DNA of 64,000 nucleotides from a candidate division CPR2 bacterium GW2011_GWC2_39_35 (GTDB lineage Bacteria; Patescibacteriota; CPR2): the NCBI GenBank assembly GCA_000995065.1, contig LBWX01000002.1, forward strand, positions 223,708 through 287,707, in the 5' to 3' direction. Shown here in pieces: positions 18,725 to 28,681 of the stretch; within the stretch, counting starts at the first letter, position 1; every line of letters begins with the position of its first letter. Both the position numbers and the translations under genes were made by a program. The notes below the pieces were generated by a model, which saw only the letters and a list, made by a program, of their open reading frames with translations, was not told where the DNA came from and made no database searches.

Positions 18725-19024
18725 TTAAGGATGTGTCAGAAAATATAGAGCCATGCCGAGAGTTTCCAGGGTAAGCAAGACTGCGTATAAAATCTTTGCG
18801 GGCCATGGAATGCTTACGCTCTTATCCTTGATGTGATGATGCTCTATTACTAATGGTGTGGCAACTGTTGCTAGCAACAGTGAAACCTTTACGGTTTCAT
18901 TTGATTGGATCGGCAGAGCCAGCGATCCACAATAGACGCACATGATAAGCATCAGCATCAGGTTAGAAGAATGGACGCTTAAGCGATCTTGCATTTTACT
19001 AAGAACAACTCTAGCTGCAGTCAT
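18725..19024 (-). CDS. Hypothetical small membrane protein
   Basis: 99 aa with two or three hydrophobic helices. Confidence 0.4.
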   Translation of the reverse strand: MTAARVVLSKMQDRLSVHSSNLMLMLIMCVYCGSLALPIQSNETVKVSLLLATVATPLVIEHHHIKDKSVSIPWPAKILYAVLLTLETLGMALYFLTHP

Positions 19025-19191
19025 TGTTAAGTTACCTCCTTTCGTATCGGGATTTTAGATTGGCTTTATTATAGCAAAAAATTCCTATTTTGTTAATAGA
19101 ATAGAAAAGTAATACTAACCTAATTGTCATATTATTTGTGATATTTTTAGTTAAGATTGTTTTGGTTAGAAACTATAGTTATAATATCAGA

Positions 19192-19650
19192 ATGGACTCT
19201 TTATTTTTTCAATATTGTCCAAAAATTGCTGTATTTAGTCAGGATGGATCAAGCGTTCTTTTGTGTCGTCGAAAAGGGGAGGCGGACTACGATGGCGTGT
19301 TCTCATTCATTGGTGGCAAGATGGAGCACAAGGATTTGTCAATTATCGATGCACTGAGTAGGGAGAAGACCGAAGAGGTCGGCGAATTGTTTCGGATAAA
19401 AGTTCTGCCTCATTACAGCATTGATACTTTTTTCGTAAAGAAGGATGGCAGTCGCATGATTCTTCCTCATTATTATGCCGTGCATCAATCGGGTGAAATC
19501 AATTTAAGCGAAGAATATGATGATTATCGTTGGGTTCCTTTAAACTCCCTTGATGAATTTGAGCCAAAGATTGAAAATATTGCTTGGATTGCAACACTTT
19601 TAAGCCGCGCTGCGACAATTGCAGAGGATGAGGATTTTGTTGCCGTTTAG
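19192..19650 (+). CDS. NUDIX hydrolase
   Basis: Nudix box GGKMEHKDLSIIDALSREKTEEVGE. Start placed at the in-frame Met MDSLFF. Confidence 0.75.
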   Translation: MDSLFFQYCPKIAVFSQDGSSVLLCRRKGEADYDGVFSFIGGKMEHKDLSIIDALSREKTEEVGELFRIKVLPHYSIDTFFVKKDGSRMILPHYYAVHQSGEINLSEEYDDYRWVPLNSLDEFEPKIENIAWIATLLSRAATIAEDEDFVAV

Positions 19651-19686
19651 TTTTAAGCTGTGGCTTTGACATTTGAGTTTTGACCT

Positions 19687-21816
19687 TTGAACTTATATAA
19701 TTACCCTATGTTTGAAGTCATAAGTTGGTATTTAGCCATTTTTTTAATTGGCGCCTTGGCAGCGCCTTTAGGTTATTTTCTTTTCGGGCGACTTAAAGAT
19801 TACGGCTACCCATTTTACCGGATAATTGGACTTGGGTTTATTACCTATATTGCCTGGATTTTAGGTAGTCTTAGAATTCTGCCATTTTCTAACTTGAGTA
19901 TTCTAGTGAGTATATTCTTTTTAGCATTATCATCTTTCTTAATTGTTCATTTTAAGAAAATTCACGTAACGAAGGATTTCTTTAGGAAAGCTCTTTTATA
20001 CGAAATTATGTTTATTGTTTTTTGTTTTTTGTTTATTGCTTATAAGCTGTATCACTCCGAAATCAAAGACATCGAAAAGTTTATGGATTTTGCTTTCCTA
20101 AACGCCCTGCTTCGCACTAGCTATTTTCCGCCTCAAGATCCGTGGTTTGCTGGCGAGCCCATCAATTACTATTATTTTGGACATCTGGGGGCGGCGGTTC
20201 TTACCAAGCTAACCCTCATAAAATCCGGAGTTACCTTTAACTTGATGGTGGCTACAAATTATGTTTTTTACGTTACCGGTATTTTTTCCTTAGCTTATAA
20301 TCTTACCAAGAAATATTTTTGGTCATTTCTTGCTATTGTTATAGCGGCTTTTATGGGTAATATCAGTTTTATTATCGGCGTTTTATCGAAAGCTGAATTT
20401 AAGGCTACAAATATTATAAAAGTTCTTTTTCAGGAACAAACTTCGGTTTGGTGGGCGGAGGCGACTCGTATCATCCCCGGCACCATAAACGAGTTTCCTT
20501 TGTATAGCTTTCTTTTAGGTGATCTCCACGCTCATTATCTGGATTTGCCGTTTGTACTAACCGCTATTCTCGCTTTATTTCTAATCCTAAAAGAAGAAAC
20601 TGATCTTATTTTCAAGGTATTTTTAGGAATCCTCTTTAGTATTCTTTTTATAACAAACAGTTGGGATTATTTAATTTACGCCGTTTTTCTAATCCTAGTT
20701 CTTCTATACAGAAATGGCTTCAAAAAAGAAGGGATTTTAGAGTCATTAAAATTTGGATCGATAGTCGGGGGAGTAAGCCTAATTGGCCTGCTGCCGTTTT
20801 ATTTAAATTTTGCACCTGGTTCCCAGGGCATAAAGATAGTGACGGCGCCAAGGACCGAAATAGAACATTTCTTAATTCTTTTTTCACTCCAGATGTTTGT
20901 AGTCGCCATTTTCCTAGGGTTAAGGTTTTATAAAAAAGTGAAGGGGAAGAAAGATTTCATTCTGCCATTTCTTATTATTCTCGGTGTCGGGGCTTTTATT
21001 TTTAAGTCGGCCCAGATTCTGCCATTTTTATTTATCTTGAGTTTTCTTCTTTCTATCCTCATCTTAGAAGACAAAAAGATTAATGAGGAGGCCAAATTTA
21101 ATTATGTTTTAATTGGGATGTCCTTTTTTATAATTTTATTTTGCGAGGTTTTTTATCTGAAGGACATTTACGGGATTGATTTTCAGCGAGCTAACACCAT
21201 CTTCAAGCTCTATTATGAGCTTTGGATTTATCTGTCCCTTAGCGTGGTTTGGGTAGCTTACTATCTATGGGAGAAAAAGGAAAAGATAAATTATGTGTTT
21301 TTCCCCGTGGCTTTTATTTTATTATTAGCTTCGATCTATTATCTTCCTAATAGCGTTAAGGTTTCGGCGGATGGATTTCAAAAAAAATTAGGACTTGATG
21401 GCACTAAATACATCGAAAATAAATACCCTTATGATTATATGGCGATAGAATGGCTTAATAAAAGTGTAAAAGGCAGCAAGATTATTGCGGAAAAGCCTGG
21501 CAATAGTTATACCGATGATTCTAGGATATCAAGCTATACCGGCCTCGCTACTCCTTTGGGATGGCTGGGTCACGAATGGGGCTGGCACGGCTCTGCGGAC
21601 GGACTTGTTCCAAGAAGAGATGATGTGGCCAAATTGTATCAAACGAATGACGAAAAAGAAGCTTGGGAAATCATCGATCGATACAAAATTGATTATATTT
21701 ATATGGGCGAACTGGAAAGAAAAGATTTGGCCATAAACCCGAACTCACCCATAAATAAGCTGGGAGAGACGGTTTATAAGAATAAGAAAGTGGAAATAAT
21801 AAAAGTAAAGCGATGA
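19687..21816 (+). CDS. DUF2298 / Chlor_Arch_YYY-family polytopic membrane protein (putative GT-C-like glycosyltransferase)
   Basis: About 700 aa with many transmembrane segments, a conserved NYYYFGH motif, and a C-terminal soluble domain. Confidence 0.65.
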   Translation: MNLYNYPMFEVISWYLAIFLIGALAAPLGYFLFGRLKDYGYPFYRIIGLGFITYIAWILGSLRILPFSNLSILVSIFFLALSSFLIVHFKKIHVTKDFFRKALLYEIMFIVFCFLFIAYKLYHSEIKDIEKFMDFAFLNALLRTSYFPPQDPWFAGEPINYYYFGHLGAAVLTKLTLIKSGVTFNLMVATNYVFYVTGIFSLAYNLTKKYFWSFLAIVIAAFMGNISFIIGVLSKAEFKATNIIKVLFQEQTSVWWAEATRIIPGTINEFPLYSFLLGDLHAHYLDLPFVLTAILALFLILKEETDLIFKVFLGILFSILFITNSWDYLIYAVFLILVLLYRNGFKKEGILESLKFGSIVGGVSLIGLLPFYLNFAPGSQGIKIVTAPRTEIEHFLILFSLQMFVVAIFLGLRFYKKVKGKKDFILPFLIILGVGAFIFKSAQILPFLFILSFLLSILILEDKKINEEAKFNYVLIGMSFFIILFCEVFYLKDIYGIDFQRANTIFKLYYELWIYLSLSVVWVAYYLWEKKEKINYVFFPVAFILLLASIYYLPNSVKVSADGFQKKLGLDGTKYIENKYPYDYMAIEWLNKSVKGSKIIAEKPGNSYTDDSRISSYTGLATPLGWLGHEWGWHGSADGLVPRRDDVAKLYQTNDEKEAWEIIDRYKIDYIYMGELERKDLAINPNSPINKLGETVYKNKKVEIIKVKR

Positions 21817-21879
21817 ACTAACTTCCTTTAAAGCAATTTATGTAATATAATCTTAAAGCAATATTAGTGAGTATGCTGG

Positions 21880-22040
21880 ACAAGATGTCAAAATCCACAT
21901 TACAAATGTCAAATAAAATATCTTCGAGTCCGAGCGGCCCCAGAGCCGAAGGCCTAATGCCAAATGCATAAATTTTGACATTAAGTCATTTGTTATTCAT
22001 TTGATATTTGGGCTTTGACATTTGGATTTAATAGTATAAT
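21880..22040. repeat. Dispersed intergenic repeat, family 1 (CAAATGTCAAA / TTTGACATTTG words, long imperfect palindrome)
   Basis: Shares tgtcaaaatccaNattacaaat with 29927-29948. Inverted TTTGACATT words lie downstream. Confidence 0.7.
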
Positions 22041-22068
22041 CAAAAATTAATCTAGGATTAACGAAAAT

Positions 22069-22854
22069 ATGACCATCTTTCATGCAATAATATTAGGAGC
22101 CATCCAAGGTATTACCGAATTACTGCCGATCTCATCTTCGGCTCATTTACTTTTAATACCTAATTTTTTTGGCTGGCCAGATTTGGGTTTGGAGTTTGGG
22201 GCGGCGCTTCATCTTGGAACTTTTCTGGCTATTGCAATTTATTTTAGACAAGATCTTTCTAGATATATAAAAGGCTTTTTAAAAAGCCTAAAAAATAAAA
22301 AAGCTCAAAGTGTTGACGAGAAATTGGCTTGGTATTTGATCTTAAGCAGTGTCCCGGCAGCTTTTTTCGGGCTAATCTTAGAAGATTTGGCCGAAAAAGC
22401 TTTTAGGGCGCCAATTATAACGGCTAGCACTCTCGTTCTGGGAGCGGCTTTTTTGTGGTACGCTGATCATCACGTAAAGCTCGAAAAAAAGCTCGAAAAG
22501 ATTACTTTTAGAGACAGTCTTATAATTGGCGCAAGTCAGGCGATCGCACTTGTGCCGGGGTTTTCTCGCTCCGGAGTGACTATTAGCTTTGGCAGGATTC
22601 TGGGCTTGAGTCGGGAAGGAGCTGCTAGATTTTCTTTTCTACTGTCGGCGCCCATTACCTTTGGGGCGTCGTTATTTGAGCTTAGAAAAATTGATCATAT
22701 GGGCCCTATTTTTTTGTTTGGCATTTTAAGCGCTTTGATATTTGGCTTTTTAGCCATCAAATATCTACTTACATATGTTCAAAAAAGCAATTATAATGTT
22801 TTTGTTTATTACAGAATCGGATTAGCAATATTGGTGCTATTGGTCTTACTTTAG
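22069..22854 (+). CDS. uppP: Undecaprenyl-diphosphatase UppP (BacA)
   Basis: ILGAIQGITELLPISSSAHL and the downstream PGxSRSG motif. Confidence 0.9.
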   Translation: MTIFHAIILGAIQGITELLPISSSAHLLLIPNFFGWPDLGLEFGAALHLGTFLAIAIYFRQDLSRYIKGFLKSLKNKKAQSVDEKLAWYLILSSVPAAFFGLILEDLAEKAFRAPIITASTLVLGAAFLWYADHHVKLEKKLEKITFRDSLIIGASQAIALVPGFSRSGVTISFGRILGLSREGAARFSFLLSAPITFGASLFELRKIDHMGPIFLFGILSALIFGFLAIKYLLTYVQKSNYNVFVYYRIGLAILVLLVLL

Positions 22855-23040
22855 AGTAATCAAGTGAATTAGAAATCTTAATAAATCAAAAGATTTAGAA
22901 TGTCTAATTTCTAATTTACCTAATTGACGTAATAAAAATCCCAATGACTAATGACCAATATACAAAGAAATATTTTAGACATTTATGAATTGGGATTTGA
23001 TTAGAAATTAGTAATCAGAGCAATTAGAAATTTAACTCAT
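22855..23040. repeat. Intergenic word-repeat region (TTAGAAAT / ATTTCTAA words, direct and inverted)
   Basis: aattagaaat...atttctaattt...gattagaaattag...aattagaaattt. Confidence 0.5.
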
Positions 23041-23041
23041 C

Positions 23042-23653
23042 ATGGAGCATCTTCTTTCTTACATAACCAATATAGTTACCGGAGCCATTGAGCATATGGG
23101 TTATTTTGGTGTGGCCTTTCTTATGGCCTTAGAAAGCGCCTGCATTCCGGTGCCCTCGGAGCTTATTATGCCATATGCCGGATTTCTGGTTTCTAAGGGT
23201 AGTTTTGGGTTTTGGCAGATTGTTTTCTGGGGTACGGTTGGTCAAACATTCGGATCAATAGTTACCTATTGGATAGGAGCTACTGAGGGTCGGATTCTCT
23301 TAGAAAAATATGGTAAGTACGTGCTTATAAAAAAGAGCCATATTGAGCATGCTGATAAATGGTTTGATAAGTTTGGGCCAAGAGTGGTGTTTTTTGGACG
23401 GATGGTACCGGTAATTAGAACTTTTATTTCGTTACCCGCCGGACTTTCTGAAATGTCTTTTTCGAAGTTCGTCCTATATTCGGTTTTAGGTATTATTCCT
23501 TGGACGATTTTTCTTGGCTACCTGGGCGTTTATCTGGGGGATAATTGGAATTCGCTTAAAGTGTATTTCCACGGTGCTGATGCTATTGTGTTTGGGGCTA
23601 TAATTGGGGGGGCAGGCTACCTTATCTATAAGAACCTGTCTCGCAAAGCGTAA
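23042..23653 (+). CDS. DedA-family membrane protein
   Basis: VTT/SNARE-associated domain motifs ESACIPVPSE and FGRMVPVIRTFISLPAG. Confidence 0.8.
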   Translation: MEHLLSYITNIVTGAIEHMGYFGVAFLMALESACIPVPSELIMPYAGFLVSKGSFGFWQIVFWGTVGQTFGSIVTYWIGATEGRILLEKYGKYVLIKKSHIEHADKWFDKFGPRVVFFGRMVPVIRTFISLPAGLSEMSFSKFVLYSVLGIIPWTIFLGYLGVYLGDNWNSLKVYFHGADAIVFGAIIGGAGYLIYKNLSRKA

Positions 23654-23672
23654 GTCGGGCGGAGAAAATGAA

Positions 23673-24302
23673 ATGAATTTAGACTATTTTATCCAAATTA
23701 TCGGGGGGTATATCGAAACTTATGGTTACCTCGCTGTTTTTTTGTTAGCGCTTTTAGAGAATTCAATTTTCTTGGGCCTTGTTATTCCCGGTGAAACTTT
23801 TGTCATTTTAGCCGGTTTTTATGCCGCTCAAGGAAGATTAAGCTTAACGCTTGTCATCTTCCTCGCACTTCTGGGTGGAATTTTGGGCGGGCAGCTTGGA
23901 TATCTTTTGGGTCGTGAGGGCGAGAAAAGGCTGCTTTACAAATATAAAGACCATCTAAATATTAACGAAAAGTACAAAGCCGTTAAAAAGTTTATGAAAA
24001 TGCACGGCAATAAAACGATTTTTTTTGCTCGTTTTACAGCATTCCTTAGAGCCATTGCGCCATTTGTGGCCGGAACTTTAAAAATGCCTTATCTTAAGTT
24101 TACTTTTTGGGATGTTTTAGGGGCGTTCGTTTGGTCGATTACTATTCCCATTCTTGGGTATTATTTCGGCCAAAATTATAAAGTGCTGCATCAATATTTG
24201 GGAGATGTCGGGGTGATTTTAATTGTTGTTCTAGTTATACTAGTTTGGATTAATTTAAGAAGAAAGGCAGTCGATGAAGATTTCGAAAGAAATTCTAAAT
24301 AA
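23673..24302 (+). CDS. DedA-family membrane protein (second, tandem paralog)
   Basis: LENSIFLGLVIPGE and FFARFTAFLRAIAPFVAG. Start placed at the in-frame Met MNLDYF. Confidence 0.8.
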   Translation: MNLDYFIQIIGGYIETYGYLAVFLLALLENSIFLGLVIPGETFVILAGFYAAQGRLSLTLVIFLALLGGILGGQLGYLLGREGEKRLLYKYKDHLNINEKYKAVKKFMKMHGNKTIFFARFTAFLRAIAPFVAGTLKMPYLKFTFWDVLGAFVWSITIPILGYYFGQNYKVLHQYLGDVGVILIVVLVILVWINLRRKAVDEDFERNSK

Positions 24303-25533
24303 TGGTGCGACTTTAGTTCTGGCTCCCGTCGAAGGAGTTAAATCGACTTCGATATTTTATTTTATTAAATCAGGTTCCAGAAAAGAAAACGAGAAAAATA
24401 ACGGCATCGCTCATTTTATCGAGCACATGATGTTTAAGGGAACTACAAAAAGACCGACGGCCCTAGATATTTCTCAGGAGATCGATAGCATCGGCGCTTA
24501 TTTTAACGCTTTTACAGATAGAGAAAACACGGCCTATTATGTAAAAACAGCCGGGGAGCATCTGGGAAAAGCCTTAGACGTTTTATCGGATATGGTCTTA
24601 AGCTCTACGTTTGACGGGTCTGAAATTGAGAAAGAAAAAGGAGTCATCGTGGAAGAGATTCGAATGTATAAGGATAATCCATCTTGGCATATTGGAGACA
24701 TCTACGAAAGCCTTATTTATCAAAATTCGACTTTAGGACTTCCGATAGCCGGAGAGGAGAATACAGTAACTTCTTTTAATCGCCAAACATTCCTGGATTT
24801 TTACGGGGCAAACTATGGTGCCGAGAACATCATTCTCATACTGGTCGGAAACTTAGAAAACGAAAAGGGGAAGGCAAAAGAATTTTTAAATAAGTTTAGG
24901 GCCGGTACGGGCACTAGGGAAAATAATCCGGTGCCGCTACAGGAAAAACCGCGTTTAATTTTAGAAAGGCGAGATGTTCAGCAGGGGCAGTTTCATCTTG
25001 GAGTACCGGGATACAGCTTTACTCATCCGGATAAGTTCTCGCTGCGTTTAATGTCTATCATCTTGGGAGGAAATATGAGCTCGAGGCTTTTTTCCGAGGT
25101 CAGGGAAAAGAGAGGTCTTGCTTATTCCATCCATACGACCACAGAAGGCCTAAGCGACACCGGACATGTAACGACTTTGGCCGGCGTAGAACGATCTAAA
25201 ATATATGATGCATTAAAACTCATTCTCGAGGAGTACCAAAGAATCGGTGATGATGCAACCGAGGAAGAACTTCAGAGAGCCAAAGATTATTATAAGGGTT
25301 CGTTTGTGATTAGCCTGGAAGACACCAGTCGGATTGCCACGTTTTTGGCGTCCCAAATCTTTTATCAGGGCGACGCGCTTTCTATCGAAGAAATACTTGA
25401 AAAGATAGAAGAAGTGAAGCTCGGGGACGTAAAAAGAGTGTCTAAAGATATCTTTAAAAAAGAAAAACTCAATTTAGCCGTAATTGGACCCTATGAAAAT
25501 CGGGAAAAATTTGATAAAATACTTGAGATATAG
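24274..25533 (+). CDS. M16-family zinc peptidase (pitrilysin-like)
   Basis: Inverted zinc motif HFIEHMMFKGT with a downstream Glu. Confidence 0.8.
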   Translation: MKISKEILNNGATLVLAPVEGVKSTSIFYFIKSGSRKENEKNNGIAHFIEHMMFKGTTKRPTALDISQEIDSIGAYFNAFTDRENTAYYVKTAGEHLGKALDVLSDMVLSSTFDGSEIEKEKGVIVEEIRMYKDNPSWHIGDIYESLIYQNSTLGLPIAGEENTVTSFNRQTFLDFYGANYGAENIILILVGNLENEKGKAKEFLNKFRAGTGTRENNPVPLQEKPRLILERRDVQQGQFHLGVPGYSFTHPDKFSLRLMSIILGGNMSSRLFSEVREKRGLAYSIHTTTEGLSDTGHVTTLAGVERSKIYDALKLILEEYQRIGDDATEEELQRAKDYYKGSFVISLEDTSRIATFLASQIFYQGDALSIEEILEKIEEVKLGDVKRVSKDIFKKEKLNLAVIGPYENREKFDKILEI

Positions 25534-25653
25534 TTCAAAACTCAAAACTCAAAATTATTGAGTTCGTTTAGAAATGAGGGTTAAGGAAGAGGCATTGCCA
25601 GCTTCGACAATGGCAATTTTTACAATTTAATTTAACGAAAGGATAAATAAGGA

Positions 25654-26247
25654 ATGATTCAAGAGAGAACTTTTATTGCCATTAAGGCAGAAGCTATTCA
25701 GAGACACTTAATCGGAGAAGTAATTTCCAGATTCGAGCGTCGTGGTTTAAAACTGGTTGGTATGAAGATGATTGTGGCTACCAAAGATATTGTTGGCAAA
25801 CACTATCCGGATAGTGACGATTGGTATATTCCAACCGGAACCAAGGCTTGGGAAGGTTACAAAAAAAGAGGCGTTGAAATAAAAGAAACTCCAAAAGAAT
25901 TAGGAGTTAAAATCAGAGAGCAACTCATGGATTACTTTGTTGACCGGCCGCTTATTACCATGGTTTGGGAAGGGCCTCACGCTGTCCAGTTAGGCCGAAA
26001 AACTGTTGGAGTTACCAATCCTTTAGAAGCAGCTCCCGGAACCATCAGAGGCGATTTTTCCGTTGATTCTTATGAGTTAGCCGATGGCTTAGGAAGAGTC
26101 GTCCAGACATTGGTGCATGCTTCCGGATCGACAGAAGAAGCGGAAGACGAAATCAAACTTTGGTTTAAGCCGGAAGAATTAATCGATTATGATATGATTA
26201 CCGGCCGTCTTGTTACCGGCAAGGATTGGGGAAAAGTCAAGAAATAG
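25654..26247 (+). CDS. ndk: Nucleoside diphosphate kinase with a ~50-aa insertion
   Basis: ERTFIAIK start, the GEVISRFERRGLKLVGMK region and the active-site histidine in HASGSTEEAEDEIKLWF. It is 197 aa against about 140 for typical Ndk. Confidence 0.7.
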   Translation: MIQERTFIAIKAEAIQRHLIGEVISRFERRGLKLVGMKMIVATKDIVGKHYPDSDDWYIPTGTKAWEGYKKRGVEIKETPKELGVKIREQLMDYFVDRPLITMVWEGPHAVQLGRKTVGVTNPLEAAPGTIRGDFSVDSYELADGLGRVVQTLVHASGSTEEAEDEIKLWFKPEELIDYDMITGRLVTGKDWGKVKK

Positions 26248-26344
26248 ATCAAAAATCAAAGCTCAAAGATCAAAGATCAAGGATGCAGATAAGATTTTAG
26301 GAATTCATTTTTGATCCTTTATCTTTAATCTTTGAGCTTTCGAT
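26248..26344. repeat. Long imperfect palindrome of ATCAAAG words immediately upstream of tRNA-Arg
   Basis: atcaaagctcaaagatcaaagatcaagg ... gatcctttatctttaatctttgagctttcgat. Confidence 0.55.
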
Positions 26345-26421
26345 GCCCCCGTAGCTCAGTCGGATAGAGCGAGGCACTCCTAACGCCTAGGCCAGAGGTT
26401 CGATTCCTCTCGGGGGCACCA
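26345..26421 (+). tRNA. tRNA-Arg(CCT), CCA encoded
   Basis: Acceptor GCCCCCG/CGGGGGC, loop CTCCTAA, T-arm AGAGG-TTCGATT-CCTCT, A31.C39. Confidence 0.8.
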
Positions 26422-26587
26422 TTTAAAAAATAAAATCTCAAAGCTCAAAGATCAAACATTCGGACAATCTTAATATCGACGGTTGATGTGTTGAGGATTA
26501 TGATATTAACACGTGGGACTTAAAGCTTTGGAGAGAGAATCTAAATCTAGCGAAAAGTTAGGCATTACCTAATATTTCAAATTTAAA

Positions 26588-26878
26588 CTAATTCGATGAT
26601 CCATAAATTTCTTTAACTTTCTCTAAGAAATGATCAGACGCTTTAAGGAGAACTTTATTATCAATGCCTTCTAGCTCTAAAAGGGAAAGAGTAAGCAAGT
26701 AGATATCGGCTACTTCTTCCTTAAAATGACCTGGTCTATCCTCATTCTCTTTTAACCTGGTTAGCTTGATTAAATGCTTGCCGATCTCTTCTAAGACATG
26801 GTAAAATTTTCCTTTTTCGTCATGATGGCTTCCATATAATTCCAATATTTCGCTAACATCCTGTTTGATTTTATCCAA
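26588..26878 (-). CDS. MazG-like nucleotide pyrophosphohydrolase (small, all-alpha)
   Basis: EExxE...EExxD pattern (EEIGKHLIKL ... EEVADIYLLTL). Confidence 0.55.
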   Translation of the reverse strand: MDKIKQDVSEILELYGSHHDEKGKFYHVLEEIGKHLIKLTRLKENEDRPGHFKEEVADIYLLTLSLLELEGIDNKVLLKASDHFLEKVKEIYGSSN

Positions 26879-26980
26879 ATAAAGCTCCTATCTTATTTTT
26901 AAATATTATATTCTAAATTCGACGCTTAACAAACTGAAATTTTGCCTTTTCCCTTTTGCATTTTGAGTTATAATATATTT

Positions 26981-27502
26981 ATGCAGTTATCAGTCGAGTT
27001 AAAACCGGGCGAAGAGGAGATCCAAAATATCGAGTGCAGTCTTTACGCTGAGAGATCGTGGTCTATTTACGGTTTGCCATTTTTTACCCTTTTTGGCATC
27101 ATAGGTGTTTTTAATTCGAGATCTTATGTGGTTCTTTTGTCTTTTGTCTTTTTGGTGATTCTTTGGAGTTGGGGCCTTTACCGCTGGCTCTTGTGGTACT
27201 TTACAAATTATATTCTTACCAACCAGAGATTTATTGTAATCGATCAACTTGGAATATTTAAAAAAGAGGTAAAGGAGCTTAGCCTCGATAGGATTTTAGA
27301 TATCACTTATGACCAGCATGGGATGGCGGCCAACATGGCTCATTATGGCGATCTACATATCATTGGAATTGGGCTGACGCTAGATATCTATGACGTCAAG
27401 CATCCAGCCAAAGTAAGGGATATGATCTTGGACGCCAGGCCCAAGGGAAGCAAACTTACAACAAAAGATGTTGTTAATCTCTTAAAAACTAACAAACCGT
27501 AA
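26981..27502 (+). CDS. Membrane protein with bacterial PH (bPH_2/YdbT-like) domain
   Basis: Two transmembrane helices followed by the ILTNQRFIVIDQ ... DRILDITYDQ region. Start set at an internal Met because the upstream ORF extension runs through a promoter-like AT-rich region. Confidence 0.5.
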   Translation: MQLSVELKPGEEEIQNIECSLYAERSWSIYGLPFFTLFGIIGVFNSRSYVVLLSFVFLVILWSWGLYRWLLWYFTNYILTNQRFIVIDQLGIFKKEVKELSLDRILDITYDQHGMAANMAHYGDLHIIGIGLTLDIYDVKHPAKVRDMILDARPKGSKLTTKDVVNLLKTNKP

Positions 27503-27559
27503 AATTGTTTTTTTGTAATAATTGGGTTATTATATATTTGTAAGGAGGAACTGACTAAA

Positions 27560-28486
27560 ATGGGTAAAATATCAAACCTTTCTAAGGTTATAAATTTTGT
27601 AAAAAAGAAAGTTTTTTTGTATTCGCTTAGCGGCTTTTTAGCTTTAGTTGTCGCTTTAATTATTATTTTCGGGATCGGGATTTATAAATATGGCTGGAAC
27701 AATGCTGCTGCCAAAGTGGCGACAAGGATTGTGCCTTACCCGGCAATTATTGTAAATGGCGACTCGGTTACGGTTGCTGACTATCAAAATCGTCTCGATG
27801 CTTTAAAAAATTATCAAAAAGAATACAAAAAAGTTGATTTTAATTCCGAGGATGGTAAAAAAGTTTTAGCTGATATCAAAAGTCAAATTACCGATCAAAT
27901 TAAGGAAGATTTGATTATTTCTGACTACGCTTTAAAAAATAAGATGAGTGTGGGTGATTGGGAAGTAGACGCCGAATATACAAGATTGGTTGATGCAAAC
28001 GGTGGCGAAGAAAATTTAAAAACTGTTCTTTTAAAGTATTATGGCTGGAGTACCGATGAATTTAAGGGCCAGTTAAAAGCCAAGATGTTAAGACAAAAGG
28101 TTGCTGAAAAAGTGACAGGGGATGATGTTTTAAACAAGGAAGCAAAAACCAAGGCCGAACAAGTTCTTGCGGAAGTAAAAAACGGCGGTGATTTTGCCGA
28201 GCTGGCTAAAAAATATAGCCAGGATACTTCGGCCGCCGAGGGTGGTGATTTAGGTTTCTTTGGAAAAGGGAAAATGGTTAAGGAATTTGAAGATGCCGCT
28301 TTTGCTCTAAAGAAAGATGAAGTTTCGGGAGTTGTAAAAACTGTTTACGGGTACCACATCATCAAAGTAACGGATGTAAAAAAGGATGAAGTTAAGGCAA
28401 GCCATATTCTAATTAAAGGTAAAAGCTTTCAGGATTGGCTAAACGAACAGATAAAGGCTGCTAAAGTTAAGAGCTACTTGAAGTAG
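27560..28486 (+). CDS. PpiC-type peptidyl-prolyl cis-trans isomerase (parvulin; PrsA/SurA-like), membrane-anchored
   Basis: GGDLGFFGKGKMVKEFEDAAFALKKDEVSGVVKTVYGYHIIKV. Confidence 0.85.
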   Translation: MGKISNLSKVINFVKKKVFLYSLSGFLALVVALIIIFGIGIYKYGWNNAAAKVATRIVPYPAIIVNGDSVTVADYQNRLDALKNYQKEYKKVDFNSEDGKKVLADIKSQITDQIKEDLIISDYALKNKMSVGDWEVDAEYTRLVDANGGEENLKTVLLKYYGWSTDEFKGQLKAKMLRQKVAEKVTGDDVLNKEAKTKAEQVLAEVKNGGDFAELAKKYSQDTSAAEGGDLGFFGKGKMVKEFEDAAFALKKDEVSGVVKTVYGYHIIKVTDVKKDEVKASHILIKGKSFQDWLNEQIKAAKVKSYLK

Positions 28487-28513
28487 TTTCTTGAAAATCA
28501 AATGCAAAAAGCC

Positions 28514-28541
28514 AGCCACAGGAGAGTTTCTGTGGCTTTTT
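28514..28541 (+). terminator. Rho-independent terminator
   Basis: AGCCACAG-gagagtttc-CTGTGGCT followed by TTTT. Confidence 0.7.
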
Positions 28542-28544
28542 AAT

Positions 28545-28660
28545 TCCAAATGTCAAAGCTCAAATGTCAACTCAAATCCTAATTCCAAATGTCAAAAATT
28601 TAAGCATTAATTCATTTGACATTCATTTGTAATTTGGATTTTGGCATTTGTCATTTTTGC
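28545..28660. repeat. Dispersed intergenic repeat, family 1
   Basis: Three direct CAAATGTCAA words followed by inverted TTGACATTCATTTG and GCATTTGTCATTTTTG. Confidence 0.7.
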
Positions 28661-28681
28661 CTGATTGAATTTTTAGCGTAA

